DNA from: Candidatus Saccharimonadota bacterium
GTDB lineage: Bacteria; Patescibacteriota; Patescibacteriia; 2-12-FULL-60-25
DNA length: 32,000 nt
Direction of reading: 5' to 3'
NCBI GenBank assembly: GCA_963718585.1
Contig: OY970357.1
Coordinates: 390,001-422,000 of the forward strand
This document shows, one piece after another, positions 8,848-17,474 of the stretch. The position numbers and the translations under genes were made by a program. Every line of letters begins with the position of its first letter. Position 1 is the stretch's first letter. Below the pieces are notes generated by a model. That model was not told the DNA's origin. It saw nothing but the letters and a program-made list of their open reading frames with translations, and searched no databases.

Positions 8848-11436
8848 TTATCCCAGATCGCTCAGATCCTTTTCCTTCACGACCTTGAAGTCGACGCCAA
8901 GAGCTTGAAAGTGCTTTTCGCCGCAGAGGATCTTTTGCATCTCGCTCGGTCTCAGGTTCTTCAGATCGCCGACGAACTTAGTCTCTCGCACCAGATACAG
9001 CTTCTCACCCTCCTCCGTCTTCAAAACGATCGCCCAGTCGGGGTTGTACGTTCCGAGGGGTGTTTCGACGACGAATGTCGCAGGAAGTTTGGTGAAAAGC
9101 GTCACGCGGCTGCTGTCCTCAAGACTTTTAGCGAAATCCCGCTCTCCGTCGCTGTCATATGCGACATGGTCATACAACGACCGTGTAGATTCAAATGTTT
9201 TGTCCTTATAGCTGATGAAGTCCTCGAAGAGCCCGAGATCCCACACGTCGCCAGTCGGGACGTATTCCAGGCCTTCGTTGATTTGCAGTTCATTCAACAC
9301 GCCGCTGACCACCGCGCTGACGCTCCTGGTGTACTCCTCCGGGTTCTCGAAGAGCAAATCGAGGTTCTCGGCACGTTCCAGCATCGAAAGCACCGTGTGG
9401 CGCGTCAGGTCGGTCTCATGGGCGATCCGTGCGACGACGTCGCCGACGCGACGCTCCCGCTCGAGCCTCTCGCCCGTCGCACTGCCTTCGTAGATGGTCT
9501 TGATCTTCCCCTCCGTGTCGAAATCGACGCTGACGCGATCGACGCGCACGGCAAGGCGTCGTGGCTTGATCTCCGCGTCGATCTTCTCGACCGCCTCGGC
9601 GATCAGCTTTTCCGCATTGAGAGAGATGTTATAGCGTGTCTTTTGCGAGATCTTCTCCCAGAGCTTCTTGAAGTCTTCATTCGAAGCCGCCCATTGCTTG
9701 CGGAACTTCACCGTGAGCTGTTTACGTTTGTCCGCGGGTTCCGGCGGGAGAGGATAGCCTTCATCCGTGTATTCCGCCTGGAGGCGCGTGACGAACTCGC
9801 GGTAGCTTTCATTCGCGATCACGGTCAGCACGTTGATGTTACGATCGAGCACGCGGTCGCCTTTCACGTCCACGGGCAGCCGCAACCCGCGTCCGATCTC
9901 CTGTCGTTTCTTGTCGGTCGAGCGCGTCTCGCGGAGCGTGCAGATCTGGAAGATGTTCGGGTTGTCCCAGCCTTCTTTGAGCGCGGAATGGGAAAAGATG
10001 AACGAAACGGGTTCCTCGAACGAAAGCAAACGCTCCTTATCTTTCATGATCAGGTCGTACACGGCTTTGTCCGCCTTGGTTTTGCCGGTCGTGTCCACCG
10101 ACGTTTCGACGCCTTTTTCCTTTTTGCTCGCAAAATATCCCTGATGGACCGTGGCGGCTTCCATGCCCTTGAATCGCGCCGAGCGGCTTTTCAGCGCCTC
10201 GAACTCCTCATCAAAGATCTTCCGGATCAGGCCGTCGGACGGCACGTAGTTGTCCACCTTGTCGATGAAAAACAGCGAAAGGACTTTGACGCGATCGCCG
10301 AGTTCATTCTGCGTGTCGAAGTGCGCTTTGATCGTCTCGCGGATCTGCGTCCGAAAGACGGGTTCCTTGTCTTCCACCTCTTCTTCGACTTCGTGTACGC
10401 TCCCATCGGAAAGCTCGACGCGGCCATGGCGGGCGTCGATCTCGACGACGTACAGGTCGTCGTAACGTTCGTTCTTGGATTTCCGAGCGATCTGTTCATC
10501 TTGTGATACCAGCACTTCTTTAATCTCGAACTTTCCGTCTGCTTTTTTGACCTCGAGCATCACGCGCGCTCGCGGACTTCCCTTCCCTGTCTCGATCTTC
10601 TTCACCCGGAATATCAGCTCGTTCGCATCATCTTCCTTGACCCCATAGACGGCGATCTTTTTGACCAACCCTTCGCGGTACGCCTCGACCGGCGTGAGCT
10701 GGTACATGAGGTGATGCTTCTCTTTATGTGTGGCACTGTAGCGGAGACGGAAGAGCGCGTTGAGGTCGGCGATGGATGACTTGGCGAGGTCGCTCTCCAT
10801 GTTCTGCGGCTCGTCCATGATGATGACCGGATGCGTAGCAGCGACGAGGCTCAATGGACTTTCGCCGTTGAAGCGATCCGGAGTCTGGCGCATGACCGTG
10901 TCGTCGGTGTTGAACGACTGGATCGTCATGATCATCACCTGCGGATAGATCGATTGGGCGAATTCACGCACGCGCGAGAGACGGTTGGAATCGTAGGCGA
11001 AATACTCGAATCCGTTGCCGTAAAGCCCATGGAAATGATCTTTTGTCTGCTCGATCGTTTTCAGGACGCCTTCGCGGATCGCGACAGATGGGACAAGGAC
11101 GATGAACTTCTTGAGCCCATATCGCTGATACAGCTCATGCACGGTGCGCAGATAGACGTATGTCTTCCCCGTCCCCGTCTCCATCTCGATGGAAAAGTCC
11201 ATCGCGTCCAACTCGGCCGAAACAGGGTCGATCCCATTCCTCTTTTGGACTTCCTGTACGTTCTTCAGTATCCGTGTTCCCTCGATCGCCAGCTCATTCC
11301 CAACGACCGCTGATGCCGCTACAAGTCGAAATGGTTCCGCTATCCGTTCCGCATTCTCCCCGGTATCAAAAATATCCACGACGGCATTCACCGCGTCGAG
11401 CTGATAGTCGAGATCCTTGGAGAAGCGGAATTTCAT
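8848..11436 (-). CDS. res: Type III restriction endonuclease, Res subunit (SF2 helicase + nuclease)
   Basis: N-terminus MKFRFSKDLDYQLDAVNAVVDIF is typical of Res. Walker A METGTGKTYVY, motif II MDEPQN, helicase motif VI-like QEIGRGLRLPV. The ATG at 11436 is preferred over the TTG at 11445. Confidence 0.85.
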   Translation of the reverse strand: MKFRFSKDLDYQLDAVNAVVDIFDTGENAERIAEPFRLVAASAVVGNELAIEGTRILKNVQEVQKRNGIDPVSAELDAMDFSIEMETGTGKTYVYLRTVHELYQRYGLKKFIVLVPSVAIREGVLKTIEQTKDHFHGLYGNGFEYFAYDSNRLSRVREFAQSIYPQVMIMTIQSFNTDDTVMRQTPDRFNGESPLSLVAATHPVIIMDEPQNMESDLAKSSIADLNALFRLRYSATHKEKHHLMYQLTPVEAYREGLVKKIAVYGVKEDDANELIFRVKKIETGKGSPRARVMLEVKKADGKFEIKEVLVSQDEQIARKSKNERYDDLYVVEIDARHGRVELSDGSVHEVEEEVEDKEPVFRTQIRETIKAHFDTQNELGDRVKVLSLFFIDKVDNYVPSDGLIRKIFDEEFEALKSRSARFKGMEAATVHQGYFASKKEKGVETSVDTTGKTKADKAVYDLIMKDKERLLSFEEPVSFIFSHSALKEGWDNPNIFQICTLRETRSTDKKRQEIGRGLRLPVDVKGDRVLDRNINVLTVIANESYREFVTRLQAEYTDEGYPLPPEPADKRKQLTVKFRKQWAASNEDFKKLWEKISQKTRYNISLNAEKLIAEAVEKIDAEIKPRRLAVRVDRVSVDFDTEGKIKTIYEGSATGERLERERRVGDVVARIAHETDLTRHTVLSMLERAENLDLLFENPEEYTRSVSAVVSGVLNELQINEGLEYVPTGDVWDLGLFEDFISYKDKTFESTRSLYDHVAYDSDGERDFAKSLEDSSRVTLFTKLPATFVVETPLGTYNPDWAIVLKTEEGEKLYLVRETKFVGDLKNLRPSEMQKILCGEKHFQALGVDFKVVKEKDLSDLG

Positions 11437-11441
11437 ATATA

Positions 11442-11969
11442 TCAAAAGTTTGTATCCCTGTATGCCCTTGCGACAGTTTCCATTTTTTTAAGTATTGGAA
11501 AAATTTTTTTAAATTCATCAATTATCCTTGAAGGATCACAATCTATTTTAATTATAAGAGAATGAGCGGCTGAATCGCGCCAAGTTTTTAGATTGCCGAG
11601 TGAAGACTTTAATATCGCCATATCGTCTGAACCTACGTATTTTTCGATTTCAGTCGTACCATGTATACCAAAGGCTATATCGTTTCCATTTTGAAAGTGT
11701 CTGTAGTCTGAACCGTGGATAAGTTTTATCTTTTTCTCGGCTCTATTTTTTGTTGCAGTATCTTCAAGCTCGTCCAAAGAAATTTTTAAAAGTGCATTAC
11801 GACCGTCTTCGATCCATCCGTTTAGTCCGATCACCGCCATTCGGGAGTAAGCCTTCATGAGCTTGGCACTCGCCGGAGTGCCTAAATTATAAATCTTTAG
11901 ATACTCTTTATTTAGGATTTTTAGAACGGACAGTATTTCCGTTTTTGAGAAAATACAAGCCCGCGGCAT
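11442..11969 (-). CDS. HEPN-domain protein (Rx4H motif)
   Basis: 175 aa and AT-rich. C-terminal TWRDSAAHS gives R131-x4-H136, the HEPN signature. It is all-helical looking. It lies 3 nt after the DUF262 gene and 5 nt before the res ATG. Confidence 0.55.
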   Translation of the reverse strand: MPRACIFSKTEILSVLKILNKEYLKIYNLGTPASAKLMKAYSRMAVIGLNGWIEDGRNALLKISLDELEDTATKNRAEKKIKLIHGSDYRHFQNGNDIAFGIHGTTEIEKYVGSDDMAILKSSLGNLKTWRDSAAHSLIIKIDCDPSRIIDEFKKIFPILKKMETVARAYRDTNF

Positions 11970-11972
11970 ACT

Positions 11973-13052
11973 TTAATCCTTGTTTGAAAATATCAATTCC
12001 GCAGCTACTAATCTTTCGTTCACCTTTCGTTTCTTCATAACCGCCTCACCTAGGGCGTCGGTAGAAAAATGAGGGTTAGTTTTAACTTTTTCAAGTAGCG
12101 TTGTCAGCGCGTCCGCGGAGGTGTTTTTTAGTGATTGAGAATTCTTGGCTATTCCATACAACACAGCATCTTGTAATGCCGTAGACTTGCTGATTTTACT
12201 GACTCCCATTTTTTTTACGGTCAGTGTTGTAGACTCAAAAACTTCTTTTTGTTTTTCGTTATCAACTTGATAACGATTTTTTTGCATATAGTTATTTAGG
12301 AATTTATTCAGTTTTCCGTCGTAGTAACTAAGCCCTTCGAGGAAAGCAAAGAATCTTAAAACACGTTCTTCGGACATCATTCTACCTGCTCTACCGCGAG
12401 ATTTTTGTTTAATAAGAGAGAGCCAGGTGCTATTTTTCGCGCAGTTTTTAATAAATGTATTAAAAGGACCTTGGTAGATAGCGTTTCTAATTTCTTGGTT
12501 ATTCAACCTTTCACCAAATGTATTCAGCCGTTGGAAAATTGTAAAAATGTAGTCCATGTTATCCTGACGTGTAGGATCGTATCTAAGGACCGTAACAGGT
12601 AAAGAGATATTCTCGATCCGCCTATAGACTTCGGGATTATTTTTCTGAATTTCCGATACACTTTTCCCTGAAAGTTTTTCATCTATATCTTCGATTTTCG
12701 GCAAAACCCATTCCCCGTCTTCTAAAAAAAGTTTTATAGTAGACATTCTCTGTAAACCATCTATTACGATGTATTTTTGTTTCTTTGGATCAAGCGCAAA
12801 ACACATGCTTGGTATGGGAAATTCCTTAGCCAGTGAATCAACAAATCGCGCACGTGTTTGGTCATTCCAAACCTCGTCACGTTGAAAATCCGGCTGAATA
12901 TTAATGGAGTCCTCGCTGGCCATCAGCCTATAAAGATCAGCCGCTGAACGTTGTTCGTTTAAAACGACGATATTTTCTGGAGGATTTACATTTTCCTCAA
13001 TCTCATCGAATAGTTTTTCGTTTTGATCTAAGTTAGAAATGCGTTTTTTCAT
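11973..13052 (-). CDS. DUF262 (ParB-like / GmrSD N-terminal-type) domain protein
   Basis: 359 aa. Motifs FQRDEVW and VIDGLQR (canonical DGQQR) with a following helical region. No DUF1524/HNH-like C-terminal half is evident. Confidence 0.7.
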   Translation of the reverse strand: MKKRISNLDQNEKLFDEIEENVNPPENIVVLNEQRSAADLYRLMASEDSINIQPDFQRDEVWNDQTRARFVDSLAKEFPIPSMCFALDPKKQKYIVIDGLQRMSTIKLFLEDGEWVLPKIEDIDEKLSGKSVSEIQKNNPEVYRRIENISLPVTVLRYDPTRQDNMDYIFTIFQRLNTFGERLNNQEIRNAIYQGPFNTFIKNCAKNSTWLSLIKQKSRGRAGRMMSEERVLRFFAFLEGLSYYDGKLNKFLNNYMQKNRYQVDNEKQKEVFESTTLTVKKMGVSKISKSTALQDAVLYGIAKNSQSLKNTSADALTTLLEKVKTNPHFSTDALGEAVMKKRKVNERLVAAELIFSNKD

Positions 13053-13053
13053 A

Positions 13054-14988
13054 TTAGATTACTTTAAGTAGGATATGCTTCATCAAATTCACCTTCAACC
13101 AATCATCCAACGCCGAATCGAAGCAAACGAATAGATCGTCTTTTGCGAGGTCGAGTGAATCCACTAGCTCTCGCGTGAGCTTCGGTGCGAGCGTGATGAG
13201 CATCTTTCGATCGCCTGCAGTGACAGTCCAGATCGTGAGACTCCCCTTCTTTACCTTCACCACTTCGGCATTTAGATCAAAACCCTCCTTGAGCAAAACC
13301 TCATACACGACCGACTCTTCGTCGTATTTGTCGATCAGCGGTTTCTCGACGAAAAGTTTCGCCTGTTTCTTAAGTGTTTCAACGTCGTCGTTTTTTGTTA
13401 GCACGCGCCACTGTCGGTAATTCGACGTCTCAAGAGCAAAGGATTTAAAGCCGATATCGAGATCGCTGGCGACATCCCCTTCTACTTCCTTAACCTCTCT
13501 ATCGTTATAACCTGCCGCCTCTTTCAACCCTCTGGATGGTACTTTTTTCTGGACCAACTCTGCTTGGATCTTATCTCCCGCCCGCCTGATCCGTTCTCGC
13601 GCTATATCCGCGATGGTTTTGTAGCCAGCTTTTTGTGCCTCTGAATCTTCAGCCGTTTCTTCTGGTAACTGTACACATATCCATTTTCTATTTCCTCCAT
13701 CCTCGGCGTTTTGTGCCATTACCGCATGCGCGGTCGTTCCGGATCCGGCAAAGAAGTCGAGGACTGTATCTTCTGAATTTGCGTCTGTTACAATCCTCAG
13801 CATTCTTTTAATCAGACCTGTGGGTTTTGGAAAATCGAAAAGCTTTCTTCCCATTAAACTCTCAAGGTCTTTACTCGCTTGGTCCGTGGTACCCGTGGAT
13901 TCGTAATCCCAAAGATCAACAGGTACTATTCCACCATCCATTTCTGATAAGAATCGCTTAAGGCGTGGATAGGTATTTTCATTTTTAATCCCCCAATAGA
14001 GTCTATTTTCTTTAACATGTCTCTCGTACACTTCTCGGCTATATTTCCACGCATTTGTTGGGTGAATAATCTCTTTTTTTGAAACTGGATTCAGTATCGC
14101 ATATGAAAGATTCGGTCTTTGTTGTTTATTCGCTGGATTCACGTATGAAACGCTCGTCCAAGGTCCACGAGGATCGTTATCAGGGTTGCTATAAATGGAA
14201 TCGTTATCCTCCGTTCTGATGTCTCTTAATGTATTTACGTTCTCACTTCGCCTGTAAACTAGTATTTTTTCGGTAAGATTCGCAAAAAGTTTTGCGTTGT
14301 TGCTCCGAGTGAAGCGTTTTTCCCAAACTATGTCTACAATGAAATTCTCCTCCCCGAAGATCTCATCCATGATCAGGCGGAGATTTGCAACTTCGTTGTC
14401 GTCGATGGAGATGAAGATCACGCCGTCTTCTTTGAGCAGGTTCTTGGCGAGGAAGAGCCGCGGGTACATCATCGTCAGCCAGTCGCTGTGATATCGCCCG
14501 CTGCTTTCCGGGTTGCTCGTCATCTTTATACCGCCTTCGCTCTGTCCCGTACGTTCGTAATAGTCGCTCTTGTTCTCGACGAAGTTGTCTTTGTAGATGA
14601 AATCCTTGCCCGTGTTGTATGGCGGATCGATGTAGATCAACTTGATCGAGTCTCGATAGTGCTTTTGTAAAAGCTTCAGGACTTCCAGGTTATCGCCCTC
14701 GATAAATAGGTTTTGTGTCGTGTCCCAGTCTTTGCTCACATCCTCCTGCGGTGCCAGCGTCCCGGTCGACGGTACGCGGATCGCCCGAAAAGCGTCGCTT
14801 TTACCCGCCCAGGAAAGCCCATACTTCTCTGGTCCGGCTGCGACCCCCTCTTTATCAAAAAACGTCGCCAGCGCGTCGAAGTCGACCTGTCCATCCTTGA
14901 CGAACTCCGGGAACATGGCTCGCAACTTCTCTAGACTCTCGTTCGCGATCGAGGTGGACGTGGTTGCTACTTTTTCGGGCTTTTTCAT
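13054..14988 (-). CDS. mod: Type III DNA methyltransferase, Mod subunit (beta-class N6A/N4C MTase)
   Basis: Motif IV IYIDPPYNTG, then DPRGPW, FDFPKPTGLI, and motif I FFAGSGTTAHAV. The start is placed at MKKPEKV (ATG 14988-14986); the track ORF extension to 15159 crosses a repeat or gene remnant. Confidence 0.85.
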   Translation of the reverse strand: MKKPEKVATTSTSIANESLEKLRAMFPEFVKDGQVDFDALATFFDKEGVAAGPEKYGLSWAGKSDAFRAIRVPSTGTLAPQEDVSKDWDTTQNLFIEGDNLEVLKLLQKHYRDSIKLIYIDPPYNTGKDFIYKDNFVENKSDYYERTGQSEGGIKMTSNPESSGRYHSDWLTMMYPRLFLAKNLLKEDGVIFISIDDNEVANLRLIMDEIFGEENFIVDIVWEKRFTRSNNAKLFANLTEKILVYRRSENVNTLRDIRTEDNDSIYSNPDNDPRGPWTSVSYVNPANKQQRPNLSYAILNPVSKKEIIHPTNAWKYSREVYERHVKENRLYWGIKNENTYPRLKRFLSEMDGGIVPVDLWDYESTGTTDQASKDLESLMGRKLFDFPKPTGLIKRMLRIVTDANSEDTVLDFFAGSGTTAHAVMAQNAEDGGNRKWICVQLPEETAEDSEAQKAGYKTIADIARERIRRAGDKIQAELVQKKVPSRGLKEAAGYNDREVKEVEGDVASDLDIGFKSFALETSNYRQWRVLTKNDDVETLKKQAKLFVEKPLIDKYDEESVVYEVLLKEGFDLNAEVVKVKKGSLTIWTVTAGDRKMLITLAPKLTRELVDSLDLAKDDLFVCFDSALDDWLKVNLMKHILLKVI

Positions 14989-15047
14989 AGTATTTACGGC
15001 ATCACTATCGCACAAAAGCCTCTTTTTTGAAACTGGCCACTCTCTAG

Positions 15048-15083
15048 GTCCCTTCCAGCACCTTTCGCATCGTTTCGGTATCC
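15048..15083. repeat. Direct repeat copy B (pairs with 8676-8711)
   Basis: See copy A. Here the minus-strand frame extends upstream as GEHLWYVDRVLWLSDDELEKIEKVPKDTETMRKVLEGT-stop without a start codon, so it looks like a gene 3' remnant. Confidence 0.8.
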
Positions 15084-15168
15084 TTCGGGACCTTTTCGAT
15101 CTTCTCCAGCTCATCATCGGAAAGCCAGAGGACGCGGTCGACGTACCAGAGGTGCTCACCTGATATGC

Positions 15169-15197
15169 AAAAAAAATCCACCTTGCGGTGGATTTTT
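15169..15197. terminator. Bidirectional intrinsic terminator (ATCCACC-TTGC-GGTGGAT)
   Basis: 7-bp stem flanked by A8 (15169-15176) and T5 (15193-15197). It lies downstream of the minus-strand gene ending at 15251. Confidence 0.65.
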
Positions 15198-15250
15198 GTG
15201 CGGCTCCGGAGTGGGGATCTCCGTCGCTTTCCTGTTAAGAGCTTTTCTCT

Positions 15251-15802
15251 TCAGGCTTTCTTTTTCGTCGCCTTCTTCTTCGTGGTCTCCTTTTTCGCCT
15301 TCTTCGGTTTCCCTGCTTTTTTTGCAGGGAGCGCGACCGCGTCCAGTTCCGCCTCATCTTCTGCGATCTCGTCCGCGATCGATGGGCCCATGGCCTTGAG
15401 GATGGCGTCGAGCTTGGCGTTCACGGTCCGGAACTGTTCTTTGATCAGTTCCGCGCTTTTGAGATCCGGCTGGTACGTGTTCGAAGGTCGGCTAAAGCTT
15501 GGTCGTTCTGCGGACTTATGAAAGTCGCGCCCGTCAAAAGAAGGTCGACGGTCGTCGTCTCGCTTGAAGCAGTCGCTGCAATAGACCGGACGGCTCCCGT
15601 TCGGACGGAACGGCACTTCGCACGATTTGTTGCATTTTGCACACGTCGCGCGGTGCATTTCCGGCTTTTCAAATCCACGGTCACCAAAACTCCCTCGGTC
15701 GTTTTGGCGTCCGTTTCCCCTTTCCCAAGGTTTCGAATCTCCGAAGCGTTTTCCTCCGCCCCGTTGAAACCCTTTATTCTTCCCACCTTTCTGGAATGGC
15801 AT
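15251..15802 (-). CDS. CxxC-x17-CxxC zinc-ribbon protein with Arg/Gly-rich N-terminal and Lys-rich C-terminal tails
   Basis: CAKC-NKSCEVPFRPNGSRPVY-CSDC matches the CxxC-x17-CxxC pattern exactly. The likely start is MPFQKGGKNKG (ATG 15802-15800) rather than 15868. Confidence 0.7.
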   Translation of the reverse strand: MPFQKGGKNKGFQRGGGKRFGDSKPWERGNGRQNDRGSFGDRGFEKPEMHRATCAKCNKSCEVPFRPNGSRPVYCSDCFKRDDDRRPSFDGRDFHKSAERPSFSRPSNTYQPDLKSAELIKEQFRTVNAKLDAILKAMGPSIADEIAEDEAELDAVALPAKKAGKPKKAKKETTKKKATKKKA

Positions 15803-15924
15803 GTGATGTCGTTGATCTGCGTAAGTTCGCAATCGACCCACCATACGCCGGATTTCGCGTTCTGTCAATGGGAAAGGGAGGTCTCAATATTCGGACGGTC
15901 CTTCCCTACCGGTTCTTCACTGGA

Positions 15925-16110
15925 TCAGACTGCTTCAAAGCGGGCTTTGTTTTCAGCCATCCATTTTTCCATGTCCTCTTTTGTTTGATTTGGCATATTC
16001 ATCACATCTGCATGTGCTTCTGCATAATGTGGCTTGAGTGCGTTCATCCAGTCTTCAAACGTCTCTCCCTCCGCCGTGAAGTCGCAAAGGTCGCATGTAA
16101 GTGTTTTCAT
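15925..16110 (-). CDS. DUF1059-like small protein
   Basis: 61 aa. The pattern MKTLTCDLCDFTAEGETFEDWMNALKPHYAEAH resembles DUF1059. Confidence 0.55.
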   Translation of the reverse strand: MKTLTCDLCDFTAEGETFEDWMNALKPHYAEAHADVMNMPNQTKEDMEKWMAENKARFEAV

Positions 16111-16163
16111 ATCAGTCGATTATACGGGTAAGAACTCTATTGAACCACGAAATGTCAGAGATC

Positions 16164-16559
16164 TTAGAATATCACAAACCCTCCCCCGCCGGTCGTGAGG
16201 ATGACCAGATTCATGACGAGTAAAAGAAGGTCATAGTGCCAGCCATAGCTTTTTGTCCCCCAAAAGCCGCTTTTCCATTGAAATATCTTCTTTCCGATCG
16301 CACCAAGGCCGATCAGGATCAAGCCAAGTGCGGCGTACGGGGTCAGGATCCCCAGCGTCAGGCCAAGTCCACCGGCAACCTCTGCCGTGCCAAGGAAGAT
16401 CGTGAATGGCACGCTCATGCCGATACTCTTCGCTCGGTTTTTTGGATCTTTAAGATCATTCCACCCGCTTGATGCAAAGACGATCGCGACCACGATCCGC
16501 ATGGCAAGGAGGGAGAGATCTGTAAAGAAATGTGGGATGGGGAGAAGGATGGGATCCAT
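16164..16559 (-). CDS. DoxX-family membrane protein
   Basis: 131 aa, 4 TM helices. LAMRIVVAIVFASSGWNDL and AEVAGGLGLTLGILT are typical of DoxX. Confidence 0.7.
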   Translation of the reverse strand: MDPILLPIPHFFTDLSLLAMRIVVAIVFASSGWNDLKDPKNRAKSIGMSVPFTIFLGTAEVAGGLGLTLGILTPYAALGLILIGLGAIGKKIFQWKSGFWGTKSYGWHYDLLLLVMNLVILTTGGGGFVIF

Positions 16560-16643
16560 GTTAAGATTATAGCAATGATCGTCAAACTTTCTAAGACAAG
16601 ACTCGCGTCCTTTTTTTCGTCAGGCGGAAGCTGCCCATACAAA

Positions 16644-16806
16644 TTACGAGAAGAGCCTTGTGCGTAGAGATCCAAAATGGCCGGAATGGTACGTGGCTGT
16701 CCACCCACCATATTTGAAACCCTCCGACGTGTCTTCCTCGGGCCCTCCGGGCGCCTGCATCACCCCGTCGAGCGTCAACATCGTGGTAACAATGAGTTTT
16801 TTACAT
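16644..16806 (-). pseudogene. Remnant of a dihydrofolate-reductase-family (RibD_C-like) gene
   Basis: The minus-strand frame reads [38 protein letters not shown], the characteristic N-terminus of this family. The ATG at 16806 is 1 nt out of frame (ATG-T-AAAAAA), and the frame stops at 16644 after about 50 codons. Confidence 0.45.
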
Positions 16807-16962
16807 ATACTCGTTTAAACCATTCATGTCAGGATCTTGTCAGTTTCGATCCTGTGCAAGTAAGACATCCACCTTGCGGTGGAATTTCTTGCTAGCTCCG
16901 CATCATAGACGACGTTAGAACCTCTGTGATGGATCAGACGCATACCTTTATATCCCCAGTAT

Positions 16963-17196
16963 TTGATATCATGCTCGCGTATGAAGCTAACCAACGACAG
17001 CTACATCATTTCGATGGGCACAAAGAAATTCACCGAAAAGTACTTTCGTGATGAGAAAGGTTGGGTCAAAATTTCAGCAAAGGAAAAAAAATTCCGGATG
17101 ACGGCAGAACAGCTTCTCAATCATCTCCTGCCAGCAGTTTCCGGCGTAAAGTCAGGTCTCATGTGGAAGGTAGAGTACAGACCATCGGACATGTGA
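16963..17196 (+). CDS. Hypothetical protein
   Basis: 77-aa ORF with no recognisable motif. Coding status uncertain. Confidence 0.3.
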   Translation: MISCSRMKLTNDSYIISMGTKKFTEKYFRDEKGWVKISAKEKKFRMTAEQLLNHLLPAVSGVKSGLMWKVEYRPSDM

Positions 17197-17281
17197 AGAC
17201 TCCCGTTTTCACCCTTTCCCGTTCGAACCCCACATCTCCAAAACATATTGAAAGACCACCGCGATGGGTGGTCTTTCAATA

Positions 17282-17356
17282 TGGCTCCGGGGGTGGGGTT
17301 CGAACCCACGACCAAAGGATTAACAGTCCTCTGCTCTACCGCTGAGCTACCCCGGA
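17282..17356 (-). tRNA. trnN: tRNA-Asn (anticodon GTT), CCA encoded
   Basis: Minus strand TCCGGGG-TA-GCTC-AGCGGTA-GAGC-A-GAGGA-CTGTTAA-TCCTT-TGGTC-GTGGG-TTCGAAC-CCCAC-CCCCGGA-G-CCA. This folds as a full cloverleaf, 75 nt. Confidence 0.9.
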
Positions 17357-17474
17357 AGAGATCGGCCGTTCACCGCCATCGTTTGCCGCTGGGCGACTCT
17401 GGAATGGCGATAAATTGTGGCGAAAGTATACCCACGGACGCTCGACGCGTCAAGGCTCATCTTTCCCCTTGACG

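Noticed and set aside
8905-10506. 533-aa plus-strand ORF antisense to res
   Set aside because: It is a shadow ORF with no motifs. The opposite strand encodes a complete Res protein with helicase motifs.
14989-15159. N-terminal 57-codon extension of mod (track ORF start at 15159, GTG)
   Set aside because: It is Arg/Ser-rich and unlike Mod N-termini, and it crosses direct repeat copy B. A different frame there encodes the gene remnant. The ATG at 14988 gives a typical Mod N-terminus.
16560-16960. Possible structured ncRNA (SRP, 6S, riboswitch) in the long gap upstream of doxX
   Set aside because: No conserved ncRNA motifs were recognised. Most of the gap is explained by the DHFR-family gene remnant and a dispersed hairpin.
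17221-17234. tRNA T-arm-like fragment (TTCGAACCCCAC) near tRNA-Asn as an att-site remnant
   Set aside because: The match is only 12 nt, most of it the near-universal palindromic TTCGAA T-loop. There is no integrase or island boundary nearby.
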